From the human T2T-CHM13v2.0 reference genome, Homo sapiens, in assembly GCF_009914755.1 (NCBI RefSeq), contig NC_060947.1: DNA of 64,000 nt. One strand, 5' to 3'. The position numbers and the translations under genes are program-made. The notes beneath the pieces were generated by a model. It did no database searches. It was not told the origin of the DNA and saw nothing but the letters and a program-made list of their open reading frames with translations. Below, piece by piece: positions 41,446-56,385 of this stretch (its first letter is position 1; every line of letters starts with the position of its first letter).

Positions 41446-41865
41446 TGCATTAGGCTGTTTTTGTGTGGCTATAAAGAAATACCTGAGACTGGGTAATTTA
41501 TGAAAAGAAGAGGTTTAATTGACTGACACTTCTGCAGGCTGTACAAGCATGGCACCAATATCCCCTTGGCTTCTGGTGAGGTCCTCAGGAACCTTACAAT
41601 GCTGGTAAAAGGTAAATGGGAAGGAGGCATGTCACATAGCAAGAGCAAGAGCATGGATTGGGGGAGGTGTCACACACTTCCATACAACTATAGCTCGTGG
41701 GAACTCAAATGAGAGCTTACTTATCACCAACGGGATGGCCCAAACCATTCATGAGGAATCTTCCACCATGATCCAAACACGTCTCACCAGGAAAGCCTCA
41801 ATCCAGCATTAGGGATTGCATTTCAACATGAGAATTGAGTGGGGACAAATATACAAACTATATCA
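41446..41865 (-). mobile_element. MSTA/MSTB solo LTR
   Basis: GCTATAAAGAAATACCTGAGACTGGG...AAACTATATCA; perfect TSD ATGGC (41441-41445, 41866-41870). Confidence 0.92.
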
Positions 41866-43084
41866 ATGGCAACCTCAGAAGTTGGGATGCTCTTCTTCAG
41901 GATCTTGTACATACCTTAAGCCAATGTTTATTTTATGGTTCTATTCTTCAGAAGGTAGAACACATGGGTCCAGGAACAAAGTAGTAAAAGTAGAAATGGC
42001 ACATTCCCTGTCACTCCCAGTGACCCACTTGAGGAATTTGTGATTCCTTCTCCAGCAACTTTAGATTCTATGGGTCCTGCTTCTCACAGGAGAAAATTTC
42101 CATTAGCAAACACAATAAAAGACCAATGAAATCTAAATCTATGGCTGAAATGGGTGTCTTCGAGTTCCTTCTATTAGTAGAAAAGCAGGCACATAAAATG
42201 TTACAATACTTGTTGTGGTAATTGAAACTAATTTCACAAAGAGCTAGGGTTGCTGATCCATAATGGGGCCATTCACTCGTATTTCTCTTTGTGCTTCTGT
42301 ATTGTGTACTAAAAGTAAAAGGGAAATTGTATCAATGATGGACTGACAAGGGCAAATTAAGCAGAAGCTTACAACTTTCTAAAATGAAGGTCTGTGTCAC
42401 TTAACTTGGCAAACAACTCAGACCAGTAGAAGAGCATGCTGAGGGTTAGGGAAGTATATAAACAGAAGATGCATATCAGGAAAATTGCAACATCGAGTAC
42501 TAAAGTGTGTCCATTAACAAAATTTTTGTCTTTTATTTTCTTCAAGGGATTCTAATTGGACACTACCATAACCGATTAGTGAGTGACGGGACAGGGTTGG
42601 CTTTAGATGGGGCATAAGTGGATATAAGTGGTGCAAGGGTTGGACTGTAGCAGATACTTCCTCTGCTCCTCCCATTCAACCTATTCTTTATACTGCTTGA
42701 AGACAACAGATTTCTTCCTTTGTTTCTCTACCTGAGGACATTCTCTGGCTTTGGGGAGTATGCTTTGCTCTGAAAGTGGGCAGGCCAGAAGTGTTAGAGA
42801 GTTTACATCCTTGGTGCAATAATCATTGAGTGTGGCATGGGACAATTCTGAAGGCATGTTTCATACCATCTATCAGAAGTTCCCCAATGGAATTGAGACC
42901 CAGTTCCCAGCAGTGGAAATCCATGCCCTAGCATAAGCTTTATTTTCTTTTTCCAAATTACACTCCCTCATAATGATTTATCTTAAAAACTCTAAAGAAT
43001 ACTACTTTCAATCCTTTCTGGGGATCTGGTTTTTTTAGGCCACTCTTCTTATTTACAAGAAATTCACTTCAAATTTAACAACCT

Positions 43085-46000
43085 GGGTAGTTTGAAAGAA
43101 AAATGGTGAAAAAAGGTATACAATGTAAGAATTTATTAAAATAAAGCAGGAATAGCTATGTTAAGACCAGATAAAGTGGACAGTGGACTCCAGAGCAAAG
43201 AAAATTATTGCAGACAAAGAGAAATCTTACATTATGAGAAAAGAATCAGTATACCAGGAAGACATAACAACCTGGGATATGTATGTATCAAATAATGTAG
43301 CCTCAAAATAAAGCAAAAACTGATAAACCTAAAAGGAGGAATAGACACATTCACAGTTATAGCTAGTGACTTCCAAAACCTCACAATCAGCAGTTAATAG
43401 AACTACTAGACATAAAGTCAGCAAAGATATAAAAGAACTAGGAAACACCATTAAACAACAGAATCTAATTGATTTTTATAGAATAGCCCCCTCAACAACA
43501 AGATAATACACATACCTTTTCCTAGCAGCCATTCACCAAATAGATCATATCCAGGGTCACTAAATAATCCCTCAAGATATAAAATAACTGAAGTCATGTG
43601 GAGTATATTCTTTTTCTATAATGGAATAAAACTAGAAATCATTAACAGAAAGACAAAAGAAAACTTTCCAAATACTTATAAACTACACACCAAAGTATTA
43701 TACAATACATAGGTGAAAGAATAAGGGTCAAGAATATTTTGTAAGATATATATATAGAACTGAATGAAAATAAAAATAGAAAATAGAAATGTATATGGGA
43801 AGCAGCTAAAGCAGTGCTGAGAGTATACGCTGTAGTACTGAATGCATTAGAAAAGAGGGGAGGCCTCAAATAAATAGACTACATTCTTACCTCAAGAATC
43901 TAGAGAAAAAAAGAGCAAAATTAACTCAAAACAACCAGAATGAAAGAAGCAATAAAGACAAATGCAGAAATCAATGAAACTGAAAACAGGAAAACAATAG
44001 AGAATATCAATGCAATGAAACTTTGTTATTTAAAAAACAGACAAAACTAACGAAGACAAATAGAGAAAAAAAACCCAAGGCACTAACATCAGGAATGAAA
44101 TAGAGGATATCACTATAAATTTTGCAGCCACAACGAGAATAACAAAGAAATACTACAAACAACATTACTTTTATAAATTCAATGACTGAATTCCGTGAAA
44201 TTCACAAACTAACCTATTTCCGCTAAGATCACATAGACGATGAAAATAGTCCTATAACCATTAATAAAATTAAATGTATAATTTATAAGCTTCCCAAAAA
44301 GATATCATCAGGTACAGATGGTTTCACTGGAGAATTCTACCAAATATTTACAAAACAATTATCATTCATTAATTATATACACTATCTTCCAGAAAATAAA
44401 AGAGGAAGGAATTTTTTATGAGCCTAGAATTTTATGAAGCTAATATTACCCTGATACCAAAACCAGACAAAGACAGTACAAAAAAGAAAACTATAGACTG
44501 ATATCTCAAGATTAATAACAGAATAACCTTTATAATCAGTCTGAAGACAATGACATACTTACTTTACAATATATATAGGACATATATGCTGAAAATTATA
44601 TAATGCTGGTGAAAATCAAAGAAGACCTAATTAAATGGAGAGACATACCATGTTCATATGTTAGAAGCCTCAACATTGTAACATATCAATTAACCGCATA
44701 TTAACCTAGGCAATTATATAATTTCTATTGAAACTCCAGAATGGTTTGGTTTTTTTTTTTGTAGTTGTAGACAAGCTTATTATAACATTTATATGAATGA
44801 CCACAGGTTCTAGAATTGCTAAAACTATCCTGGCAAAAAGGAAAAAGTGTACAGAAATACTGTGCTTAATTTTAAGGTTTATGATATAGCTACAATAATC
44901 ATGGCAGTATGGCATAGCAGAGGTATATATTCAAATATCAAAGGGACAAAACAGCGTAAGAGCAAAATGGTGTAAGAGAAGTTTAATGAAAAGTGTAATT
45001 TTTTCAAAAAAAAAAAAAAAAACGGAAGAAATTGGATATTCCTGAGAAAGAAAAAGTTGAACAGTGATTTAACCTCACATCTTATAACTCAAAAAATAAA
45101 ATGGATCATGAACTTAAGAAACGCAAAACTATAAATACATGATAAATTCTTCAGGATATAGGTATAGGCAAAAAGGTTTTTTGTTTGTTTTTTTTTTTTT
45201 AAATAATTGACACCAAAAGCACAATAGCTGCACAACACCAAAATTAAAAACTGACATTTCACCTTAGAGGATATACTTATGACAAATGAGCACATTAACT
45301 GTGATTAAACATCATTAGACCTTAGGAAAATGTAAATTAAATCCACAATGAAATATCACATGACACCTATCAGAATGGCCAAAGTTTTAGAAAGGTTTTA
45401 ATAAGTGGAAGAGAAGAGAAAAATCTGTGCAGAATTTCAAATATTTTATGTTGATAGTCTGTCCTCAAGAAGGTGTAACATAACTCTCCATTCCTTCCCA
45501 TTTCACAACGTGGAATGTACATAATGATTTTTTTCTAAAGTGTATTGTATTTAGAGAGGGAACAAAGAGTAATTTCAGAAAAGAGAAACCTGACAAACAT
45601 TAATTGAGCCAGGTGACCAAGGTCACATCAACAGTGACAAGTCACATTGACAGTGTATACCTGTGATATAATGTGATGAAAATGGCACTTTATCTCTATG
45701 GTCTTCCTTCCTGAAATCCCTAACTCCAGTCTAATCATTACAGCAACCTAGTTGAGGAACTTTCTGCAAAATACCTGACCAGCACTCCTCAAATCTCTCA
45801 AGGAAATCAAAAATAAAGAAAACATGAGAAACGATCACACCCAAAAATGGCCTAGGGAGAAATAGGAACTAAAGATAATGTTGTATCTTGGATGAGATTA
45901 TGGAATAAAAAAAAAAAGTAGGTAAAAAATAAGAAATTTTGAATAAAGTTAAAATTTAGCTTTAGTTAAAAACAATATATCAATATTAGTTTGTTAATTG

Positions 46001-46900
46001 TGACTAAAGCACTATACTAACAAAAAAATGCTAATAAAAGGAGAAATTGGAGACGTGGTATATTCTAAGTCTGTACTACCATCTGCATTTTTCTGTAAAT
46101 CTAAAACTGTTCTAGAAATAAAGTGTATTAAGCCAGAAAAACAATAAGAACAACACTAAATGCTATTAAGGGTGCAGAGAAACTGGATCACTTGTAAATT
46201 TCTGGTGAAATTTTAAAATGATTAAGACACCTCTGAAAGAGTTTTTTTTCATAATCTGGAATACTATAAACATGCAAATCCCATATACGGCCTAGTAATT
46301 GCACTTCTGGACATTTATTTCAGAGAAATAAAAGCATGTTCACAGAGAAATATGTACAAAAATATTTTTAGCAACTTTATTTGCATTAGTCAAAAACTGG
46401 GAACAATCCAGTTGTTCATAAATGCGTGATTAGATAAAGAAACTATTGTACATCCATATCGTGGAATACTACTCAGCAATAGAAGGGACAAGCTATTGAT
46501 ATGCATAACAATTTGGATGCATCTCCAGGGAACTATGCTGAGTAAAATTTGAAAAAGAAAACAACTCTCAAAGCTTACATGGCTTATGACTCCATTTATA
46601 TAACTTTATTGCATTTAACAAATGGAAGTCATGAACAGACTATTTGTTGGCAGAGGTTAGGGATAGGGAGTGTTGAGGAATGTTGGTGTGGCTGCATAGG
46701 ATAGTAAAGTCCTTGATTTGTTGGAATTATCCTTTATCTTGAATGTGTCAATGTCAATTTCCTGGTTGTGACATTATAGTACGGTTTTTCGAAATGTTAC
46801 CATTGGCAGAAACTGGGTAAAGGGTATGCGAGACTTTTGTATTATTTCTCACACCTTCGTGTGAATTTATAATTACTTTAAAATAAAATGTTTAATTAAA
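43085..46900 (+). mobile_element. Old L1M: ORF2 remnants plus 3' end, with a nested L1MC-type 3' end at ~45400-46130
   Basis: CAGATGGTTTCACTGGAGAATTCTACCAAA, ACCCTGATACCAAAACCAGACAAAGAC, GGAATACTACTCAGCAATA. Confidence 0.8.
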
Positions 46901-47230
46901 ATACACAGGATAATATTCATGAGAATTTTTCAGTATAACAGGTTCTCCAAGAGCAGTGCTAGGACAATCAAAAACACAAATTCTCTACACTGAGTTTTCC
47001 AAGGAGTAAACAACACCACCAAAAAATTCAAAACCAAAACCCAAAACAAAGAAGCATTCCCATTTAAAAAGGGACCTAACTTGACTCTGCTTCAGACCTA
47101 CTAAATCAGAATTTCTAGGTTGGGTTTCAAGAAAATGCATTTTTCTAAGTTCCACTGGTGATTTTTATGCACATGACTGCAAAGGAATCACAGAGAAGTA
47201 CTTACCAAATTGCAGTTAAAAACCCATTGA

Positions 47231-47638
<408 letters not shown>

Positions 47639-48629
47639 TTACAAAAATGAAATTGAATAAAATAGAAAACATCAGAGTACATTGTTTATAGTAAGCATCA
47701 GTATTGTCTGGTAAAATTTTTGTTTCTCGTGTGTGTGCGTGTGTGTATGTGTGTATGTGTGTGGTTTGAAACATAACATGCAGTTCTCACCAAGGATTTT
47801 GGCCAACTAAGTAGGAAAGTCACTTACTTCTCAAAGATGATCCTTCATCATAGGACAGATATAGGATCAAATGCTGAGTAGACACCAGTCTCTGAAATAA
47901 TATAAAACTTCCAAAAGAGTTGTCAAGTTAGCAGTTGATATCAGGGATTCTTATTTTAGTGCTGTTCATTGAAGGCATTGCCAAAAAATTGCTAATGAAT
48001 GCAAAAATCTCATCTGTAGTAATTTTCCACTTATCACACAAACTTGCTGATAACTGCATAGTTTTCCTTTTATTTCTAGATATATAAAAATAATTTTGTT
48101 AACAAACATTTGCTAAACACTCTTCATGATTACGCAGAATGATCTTAGTATCATATCTCAGGCATCTCCATTATTCTTCTCAAGATAAATGAGACTGCTT
48201 AGAAATAGAAGGTAATTATATATGTATGAAAATATTTAAATCAGATAAAAGCCTAGGAGCATGTTGTTTAATGCCTCTATGCTGGGGCATTAAATATCAA
48301 TTGCAATTAAGCCTGTGAGCCATGTATCTGATTTATGATCACACTCAGAAATGGAATTGAGCTCCTATATATCTCACACATCATGTTCCGTAGAACTAAA
48401 TAGTTAAAAATGTGAGTCATTTATGCTGGTCCCTGACAACATTTCAAATTCTTTAATGTGAAGCTAGAAAGCATCATAGGGAGCTTTTCTATTTTTTAGA
48501 GGAATAAGAGCAGTACTTCCAAGAATCCAATTATTCTCAATTAAATGAGTTCTGCAAAAGTAAAGGCCTGATTTCACTATTAAGAGGCAGAAGTTAGCAA
48601 CCAACAGAAGAGTAGAGTATGTATGTAGA

Positions 48630-49142
48630 CTTTTCCCATTTAGAAAAAAAAAGTGCAGCTCACTGACAGCACTCATTAAATTTTACGTAAACATGCTCTT
48701 CGAAGCTGAAGCAAATCTGACTAATTTTCAATGTGAAAATAAAATATAAAAAACTGTTTTTTGGAGCTATTTCTAAACAGAGCTAATATCAGAATTGTCT
48801 GAGTCATCAGAATCGTCTATTTCAGAAAAATTGGATTTATCAAATGAATCTACAACCAAAAATTGTTCGAGAACAATGTTAACATCACACACAGGAATCC
48901 TACATTTTCTAAGATTTGACATTTTCAGCGATTGAGAATTACTACATTTTATAAATGGAAATAGCACTACTAAAAACAGAATGCCATAAAGAGAATGATG
49001 CATTTTGTTTCTAAAGTCAATATACTAGAGTGGTGCAAACATAATAATAAAAGCGAGATATTTTGTGGCAAAGTTATCTTGGGGTAAACACTGCAGCCGC
49101 AAGTGTCACTGGTGCGTATTCTTGGGGCAAGCAGGAAAAGGG
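48630..49142 (-). mobile_element. MER75 piggyBac-derived non-autonomous element (PGBD4-related)
   Basis: TIRs CTTTTCCCATTT / GCAGGAAAAGGG then TTAA; minus-strand peptide MSNLRKCRIP...SFDKSNFSEIDDSDD. Confidence 0.92.
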
Positions 49143-49204
49143 TTAAAATGGAGATGTTTTTAGTGCAAAAGGGATGAACTAACTCAACTCTGGAGGAAAT
49201 AAAA

Positions 49205-50182
49205 TGAAAGTAAGACAAAAGATGATATACAGATGGCAAATAATCAAGATAAGATGCTCTACTTCATATGCCATTAAGGAAATGAAAATTAAAGCAACCG
49301 TGAGCTACACTACACACCTATTACAATGGTCAAAATCCAGAAAACTGACAACACCAAATTCTATTAAGGATATAGAGCAACAGTAACTCATATTCATTGC
49401 TGGGGGGAATACAAAATGGTGCCCACTTTGGAAGACAGGCAGTTTCTCACATAACTGAACATATTCTTGTATTCCAGCAGTGTGCTCCTTGATATTTACC
49501 CAAATGGTGTAAAAACTTATATCTGTACTAAAACCTGTACAAGGATGTTTACAGCAGCTTTATTGATAACTGCTAGAATCTGGAATCAACCAAAATGTCT
49601 TTCAGAGTGGATAGATTGTGGCATATCCAAACAATGGAGTATTATTTAGTGTAAAAAAAGAAAATGAGCTATCAAGCTAAGAAAACACATGGAGGAAACT
49701 TAGGTGTATATTACTAAGTGAAATAAGCCAATCTGAAAAGATACGAATCTGTAGGATTCAAACTATATAACAGTCTGCAAAAGGCAAAACTATGGAGACA
49801 GTAAAAATATCAGTGGTTGCCAGGGGCTGGTTGAGAGGGAGGAATGAATAGGTGAAACACAAATAATTTTAGGCTCATGAAACTATTCTGTATGGTACTA
49901 TAATGGTTGATACATGTCATTATACATTTGTCCAACCCCATAGAATGTACGACACGAAGATAAAACCTAGTATAAACTACGCACTTTGGGTGATAATTAT
50001 GTGTCAATGTAGATTAATCAATTGTCACAGATACACTACTCTGGTATGGGATGCTGGAGGAGAGATATTAGAGGAGAGAGAGAGAGAGAGAGTAATCAGG
50101 AGAATAGAGTAACTCTGTACTTTCTGCTCAAGTCTGCAGTGAAACTAAACCTACTGTAAAAGAAATAAAGTCTATTTAAAAG
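49205..50182 (+). mobile_element. L1MB/MC 3' end
   Basis: CTAAGTGAAATAAGCCAATCTGAAAAG, GCAAAACTATGGAGACAGTAAAA, CATTATACATTTGTCCAA. Confidence 0.85.
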
Positions 50183-50589
50183 GAAAATGGAAGAGAGATA
50201 TTACCATATGTTGCATACATAATAGCCTTGAGTGTATTGAATATCATCAAATATATATTTTATATATATCATTTGTATATATAATATCTATATTCCTGAT
50301 ACCTTTATTAGACTTAGGAGTCTAACAAAGGCATTATATGTAAAACAAAACAATGCAAAACACTTTTTACAGTCTGCAAGAAGATATAGAGGCCACAGGA
50401 TTCAATGGAGTAGATAACGGGTTCAGCAATGACTTGACAGAATTTTCTGGAGCACTGAAGGAAGTGCATTTTTAATAATTTGTAGTAGGGGCATTAATAA
50501 TAACTAAAAATAGAGTAAATTATAGAGGCAGCTTGTGAATTTCCATGAGACATTCTTAAGATCCTGGGAGATTAAAATATAGAACAAAT

Positions 50590-50920
50590 TGTCCTTTGTA
50601 GGGACATGGATGAAGCTGGAAACCATCATTCTCAGCAAACTATCGCAAGGACGAAAAACCAAACACGCATGTTCTCACTCATAGGTGGGAATTGAACAAT
50701 GAGAACACATGGACACAGGAAGGGGAACATCACACACTGGGGCCTGTTGTGGGGTCGGGGGAGGGGGGAGGGATAGCATTAGGAGATACACCTAATGCTA
50801 AATGATGAGTTGATGGGTGCAGCACACCAACATGGCACATGTATACATATGTAACAAACCTGCACGTTTTGCACATGTACCCTAAAACTTAAAGTATAAT
50901 AATAATAATAATAATAAAAA
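50590..50920 (+). mobile_element. L1PA 3' end, heavily 5'-truncated, (AAT)n tail
   Basis: Homologous to 1705-2020; short TSD AGAACA (50581-50586, 50921-50926). Confidence 0.95.
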
Positions 50921-51285
50921 AGAACAGGACATTGATATCCCTGTCTACAAAGCTATCACAGGTACTAACTGCTTAGTGAGGAATAAAAACTAAACTAGCA
51001 ATCAAAACTAAATTTACTCCTGTGCCGTACTTCTGTAATTTACTATCCAAGCTTAATTTAACTGCTTGCTTTGTTTTCAAATTGATCCACACTGTGATTA
51101 TGTTACACCCAAAAAAGTACCTGTATATTTTGTGGTAACTAAATAACACAATCAGGTCTTAGCAAAAATCAGCAATACCTGAATGTGGATGAATCCTATT
51201 AATCAGCTGATTACTAGACTGATGGAGGGATAGGCTGTCTACCTGTATCCTACCTTAATGACCAGGTAAAGACGTAGAGGCTATA

Positions 51286-51621
<336 letters not shown>

Positions 51622-53933
51622 CTATAGAACTAGTGCCCTGAATGTAAGCACTTAAATCTGTAGCACTCATTTCAACAGTGGTTTGATGACTTCCTTAGAA
51701 AACTTTAACATACCATGAGATAATGCCAAAGAAAAAAAATTTAGAAAAAATGCATTACTTTTATTTGAGAATAAATTATATCATTCAGTGGAATGTATAC
51801 AATGTTCTAAATGGTCTTTGTGAGACATTTTAGTTATTTTCAAACAAGAGATTGCAAGGAAAATAAGGTAGCCTTCATACTGCAACGCAACAACCTTAAT
51901 ATGTATCACTGGACTTCTCCAAATACATAACATTATATCAAATGTTTATTCAATTACCAAAACTATTAACAAGAAAGAGTAAATGCAATTATACCTAAGC
52001 TTAAATCTTATCAAATATTCTGGTTCCTAAATAGCATAATGCAAAATCCGGAGGAGAATACAAAAATGGATGAAACAGAGTCCCAGTATGTCATTAAAGA
52101 TATCATAATTTAGTGAAATTGTAAAATAATGCTTATTCTCTATGGCTCTAGGAGAGGCTCTTTTGTGTTCTTGTTTTGGAGAGCGGGATGTTGCTATACT
52201 TTATTGTATTGGCAAATAACTTCTAACTTATCATCCTGGAAACAATTCTTCAGCCTATTGAAACTATCTGGGGTCTATATAGAGTAAACTGATTTTAAAT
52301 TATAGCATGTATGTTAATGATGCCCACACTTTTGAAACCTGTGTTATTCTAATTTGTTGCAACGATTTCATGGTACGCCATTTCCCTTTTGCCCATTTAT
52401 TACTTCATTGTATCCAACACACAACCACTTTATAGCCAAAACCATTAAATTTTTACTTTACTCTTTACATTATCTGTTTGATAATTTCCACAAGCTGAGG
52501 TTTAAGAAAACATTTGGATGTACTAATGTAAAGTCACTATCAACTTTGACAAGAATATAACTCAGGAAAAGTAGAGCTTCTGAAACGGTGGATTTAAGAC
52601 CTAGACGGATCCTCTTCCTAGCAAATTTACAATTTAACTGGTGAAAGCAATAGAAAATAATCATTTACAATCTCTAGAACTTGCCCTAAGGGCATATAGA
52701 AACATTTATTCAAGAAAATCTACTAAATCTCTGTAAGAACAACATGAGTCTGTGACACTGGAGCCATGACCTGCTCCATTACCCACCACACCATGTCTAG
52801 CTGCTGGGTGTTTAGGTAGTCAATTAGGACAACAAGCCGAAGTAATAGAAATAATAAAGACTTTATTCACTTACCATGATAATTCAGGCAAGAGACCAAA
52901 AAAAAAAAAAAAAGGAGTGCTAGCTCTCCAATGTTCAATTTTTTTCCCAGGGAATGGCAAAAGGTAAGCACCAGTTATGACAGGTGATGCAGGCATGGGA
53001 ATTGTCTCAGTGCCAAGGAGCCCTGAATAAAGCAGTTCTACTATTTTATGAACCTTGAGAACCGAAGGTCAGGAGATCTTAGTGGAGGTGGCTGAAAAGT
53101 GCCATAGCAGAGGCCCACAGAAAAGGTGGCCTCTTAATGGAGACACCTCATTTCAGAATACAAATATGTTTATGAGCATTGCTGGCTCAGAGGGGGCCAG
53201 AGGCTTCTTTGACTGCAGCTCAGTCCAGACATTTAATGCACTGGCTATGACCCAAGTCTGGTGTGGGGAGTGCAGTTTTTACCCATGAGACTTTTCAGGC
53301 AAAGCCTTTGTAATTGCCTGTGGTTGGGTCTGAAAAACTACACACAGGATTTTGGCATGCAGCTGGACTTTGTGGCCCCAAGCTCCCTCCATGCATTTGA
53401 GCTATGATCCTACCCTGGACATGGGCAGCCAAAAAGATGGTGCTCCTTCTCCCCCACACTTCCAGTCTGCAGCCACATTTTAAAGCTGGGAGTATTACCA
53501 AACTCAGATCTGGGCCACTTGTCCCTTGAAAGCCAAAAACTCAAAAGACGAGCTTTAGTAAAATAGAAGTTAGCTTTATTCAAGAAGCCAATAACTTGGG
53601 GGTGGCAGTAAAATAGTATTCAAAGAACACCTCACCATGTTGTGTCTTAGATCAGGGGTTTTCATGGAAAACTAGGAAAAATAATCATCAAAACATTCTT
53701 ATAAAACACGTGAAGCTGTCGTTGCAAAATTATAATGGAGACAGTGAAAGAGATCTGATTTAACCAACTCCATCTTTCTTCTAACCTCCAAGCTGCCCTT
53801 GTTCATTCCTGGGCATAGGGTAAACTAACTTTGGGAGGAAGTTAGTTTATAATTTATAGTTTAAAACAAAGACTAATAACAGTCCTTTCCCCAAACATGC
53901 CCTTCTTGCCTGGGGACTAGACTGCCTTTGTAG

Positions 53934-54122
53934 TGATGCAGGATTTTTCTGCTCCTTAGCTCGGCTAGACCCAGGTTCTTGTCTCATGACTAGGAAAAAT
54001 TGGGCACATGGACACTTGGAGTGCATGGAGTTGAATTTATTAAGCAAAAAGGAAAGCTCTCAGCAAAAAGAGGGGTCCTGAAAGCAGGTTGCCTGTTGCT
54101 CCATTCTCTGTTTGATACGGTG

Positions 54123-54155
<33 letters not shown>

Positions 54156-54369
54156 GCTGATGAGGCTGGGTTCCTTATTTGTAAGAGACTCCACCCCATC
54201 CTCAGACTAAGGGGCCATTAGTCTGCTGGGGGCATGTTTGGGCAACCCTCCTGTGCAGATTCCTTTATCTGCACAAAACATCTAGTGTAAACACTTGTGG
54301 GGAAGGTTGGAGATTCTCCAGGACCCTTCCCTTACTGTCTACATAAAGCATGCTGGCCAACTCCTTTCA
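53934..54369 (-). mobile_element. ERV1-class solo LTR nested in LTR8 (family unresolved)
   Basis: TG...CA ends with perfect 4-bp TSD GTAG (53930-53933, 54370-54373). Confidence 0.8.
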
Positions 54370-54605
54370 GTAGGACTAACAAATTAGCTATAAGATTAGA
54401 AATTATGGTTTAGGAGTCATGCATCGAGAGGCTTCAAGATTCTAAACCTCCCAAATTGCGCCAGGGATAACATCACTATGGTAAAAGCTAAGATCGGTGC
54501 TTGAGATATTGTGCAGACGTTGCACTTGATGGATCAGCTGAAACCACCCAGATGGATAAACTGGCTCATCTGGTCTTGTGGCCGCCACCGAGAAACTGAC
54601 TCAGT

Positions 54606-54691
54606 CCAAGAGCACAGCTTTGACTTTCTATGATTTCGTCTCTGAGCCAAGAGCACAGCTTTGACTTTCTAAGATTTCGTCTCTGAGCCAA
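54606..54691. repeat. 41-bp tandem duplication within LTR8
   Basis: CCAAGAGCACAGCTTTGACTTTCTA(T/A)GATTTCGTCTCTGAG twice, then CCAA. Confidence 0.95.
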
Positions 54692-55955
54692 CCAATTAGC
54701 AGTGCAGACACTGCCCCACCCACGCACCAAATTATCCTTAAAATCTCTGATCCCCAAAGGCTCGAGGAGACTGAATTGAGTAATAGTAAAACTCCTGTCT
54801 CTTGCACAGCTAGCTCTGCAAGAATAACTCTTTCTCTGTTGAAATTCCACTGTCTTGATAAATCAGCTCTGTATAGGTAGCAGGTAAGGTAAACTCATTG
54901 GGCAGTTACTCATGACAGTCCCAGGTGGACAGTTAATCATTGATTTTGGTCAATGTTTTGTGGCCTTCTGCAGGCACATTAGCCTATTTCTATCAGGCCA
55001 GTCAGCCCATCCCCAGAGTTGTTGGTCTGCATATTTTCTCTTATCTCTTTTGAAGGTCCTGTCTTCCTAAGGCTGTTTTTAGTGAGTAATCTACAAATTT
55101 AAACAAATTAATAATTATATTTAAGCAGGGAAGCTTTTCTTGAACATGGAGTCAGTACTGTTAAAGGAGGGGCAAGCTGTTAGTATTTCTCATTTTTTCT
55201 CTCCCAGATCCGTATTGCAAAAACTCTATTTCAGCCAAGTGTGGAATGGAACTATATTTTCCTTCCCCTCCCAACCACTACTCATATGGCAAAAGCTTTA
55301 CTTCAGGTATGGTAGGCTGAGAGCACCATGAACCTCTGTCACAGATTACTTTTAGAAAGGAGGTTTCATGCCAGAAGTGGGCAAGCCAAGAAGATGAGGG
55401 GCTGCCATTTACCCCCTACCATGCCTACATGTAAAGTGGAGGTGGGGTCATTCCTGGAACAGTGGAATCCCAATCTCAGTTCCTGTGCAGTGGGACAAGA
55501 TTTCTGCCCAGGGGGATTGTGGACCATAAGAATAAAGACATCTAAAGCTCTGCCTAAGGGGACAAGTCTTCTTTGGAGCTCAGGGAACTCCCTGTCTAAG
55601 GGCATTGTTGAAAACCAGGGAGATTTTTACGGAAGGCCCTTATTACTCTGATGGGTTGTGACTTCATTATACAAACAAAATCACGGAGCAACCAGAGGTT
55701 GAGGTATAAGTATTTCATACACAGGTTTCTGTATTGTCTATTGTTGCATCTCAGTATAAAGTTAAGCATTACAGGTTTAATAGAGAAAAAGTGTGTAGAA
55801 TGGGAAACATCAAGACCTTAAATTGTCCTTAGCACAAGGTTAATGTACTCACATGGAAAATAGGGTCAGCCATAGGTATTAGGAGAATGATAAGTGATTA
55901 AAGATGATAGTTCTGCACAAAAGCAAATATTGAAATCCTTGGTGAGACTTGGTTC

Positions 55956-56385
55956 TGTTAACCTTAAATAACGAGATTCAGAAAATAAAATTAAGTAGTG
56001 AGTTTATTCCAGCTCAAAGCTTAAACATAGCTATCTGGGATTCAGGACATCCTGATTATACACTTGATTAGCAGAAGTTACAAGTGGGTTTATCAAGAAA
56101 AGAAATGAGGCAGTTTCTAATTTTGCCAACAATTTACATTAAATTAACATAATCTATTAGTCGACTATACATTGTTCTTTGTATCACAAATTCCAGGAAC
56201 ATAAAGATAATGGGTGAGATAGCAAGTTAGAAAAAAAATGCCTTTTAACAGTTGCCCCAGAGCATGGGTGGGTGAGGGTGGCCATGACTGAAGTCCCCCA
56301 TATTCATGTCTCTCTTGCCCTGATAAATTTTGAAAAGCTAACGGAGCTCAAACTGCTCTGAGCTATTTTTCTTTTCTTACTTCAG
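55956..56385 (-). mobile_element. Probable ERV1 solo LTR (unclassified)
   Basis: TGTTAACCTTAAATAACGAGATTCAGAAAA start, antisense polyA-like TTTATT. Confidence 0.5.

Larger units (their letters stand above)
38890..43040 (+). mobile_element. Ancient MLT1J-like provirus (LTRs start at 38890 and 42646) with integrase-like internal remnants; hosts nested LTRs
   Basis: Both LTRs begin TGTAGCAGAT; PPT-like GCAAGGGTTGGAC before the second LTR. Confidence 0.65.
53711..54910 (+). mobile_element. LTR8/LTR8A solo LTR
   Basis: TTGCAAAATTATAA...ACAGTGAAAGAGATCTGA.TTAACCAACTCCATC; TSD CACG/CATG. Confidence 0.88.
52570..55700 (+). mobile_element. Old L1M 5' region fragmented by several LTR insertions (unclassified LTRs at ~52794-53290 and ~53493-55165)
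   Basis: AAACATTTATTCAAGAAAATCTACTAAATCTC and similar L1M 5'-like blocks; family names not resolved. Confidence 0.45.
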
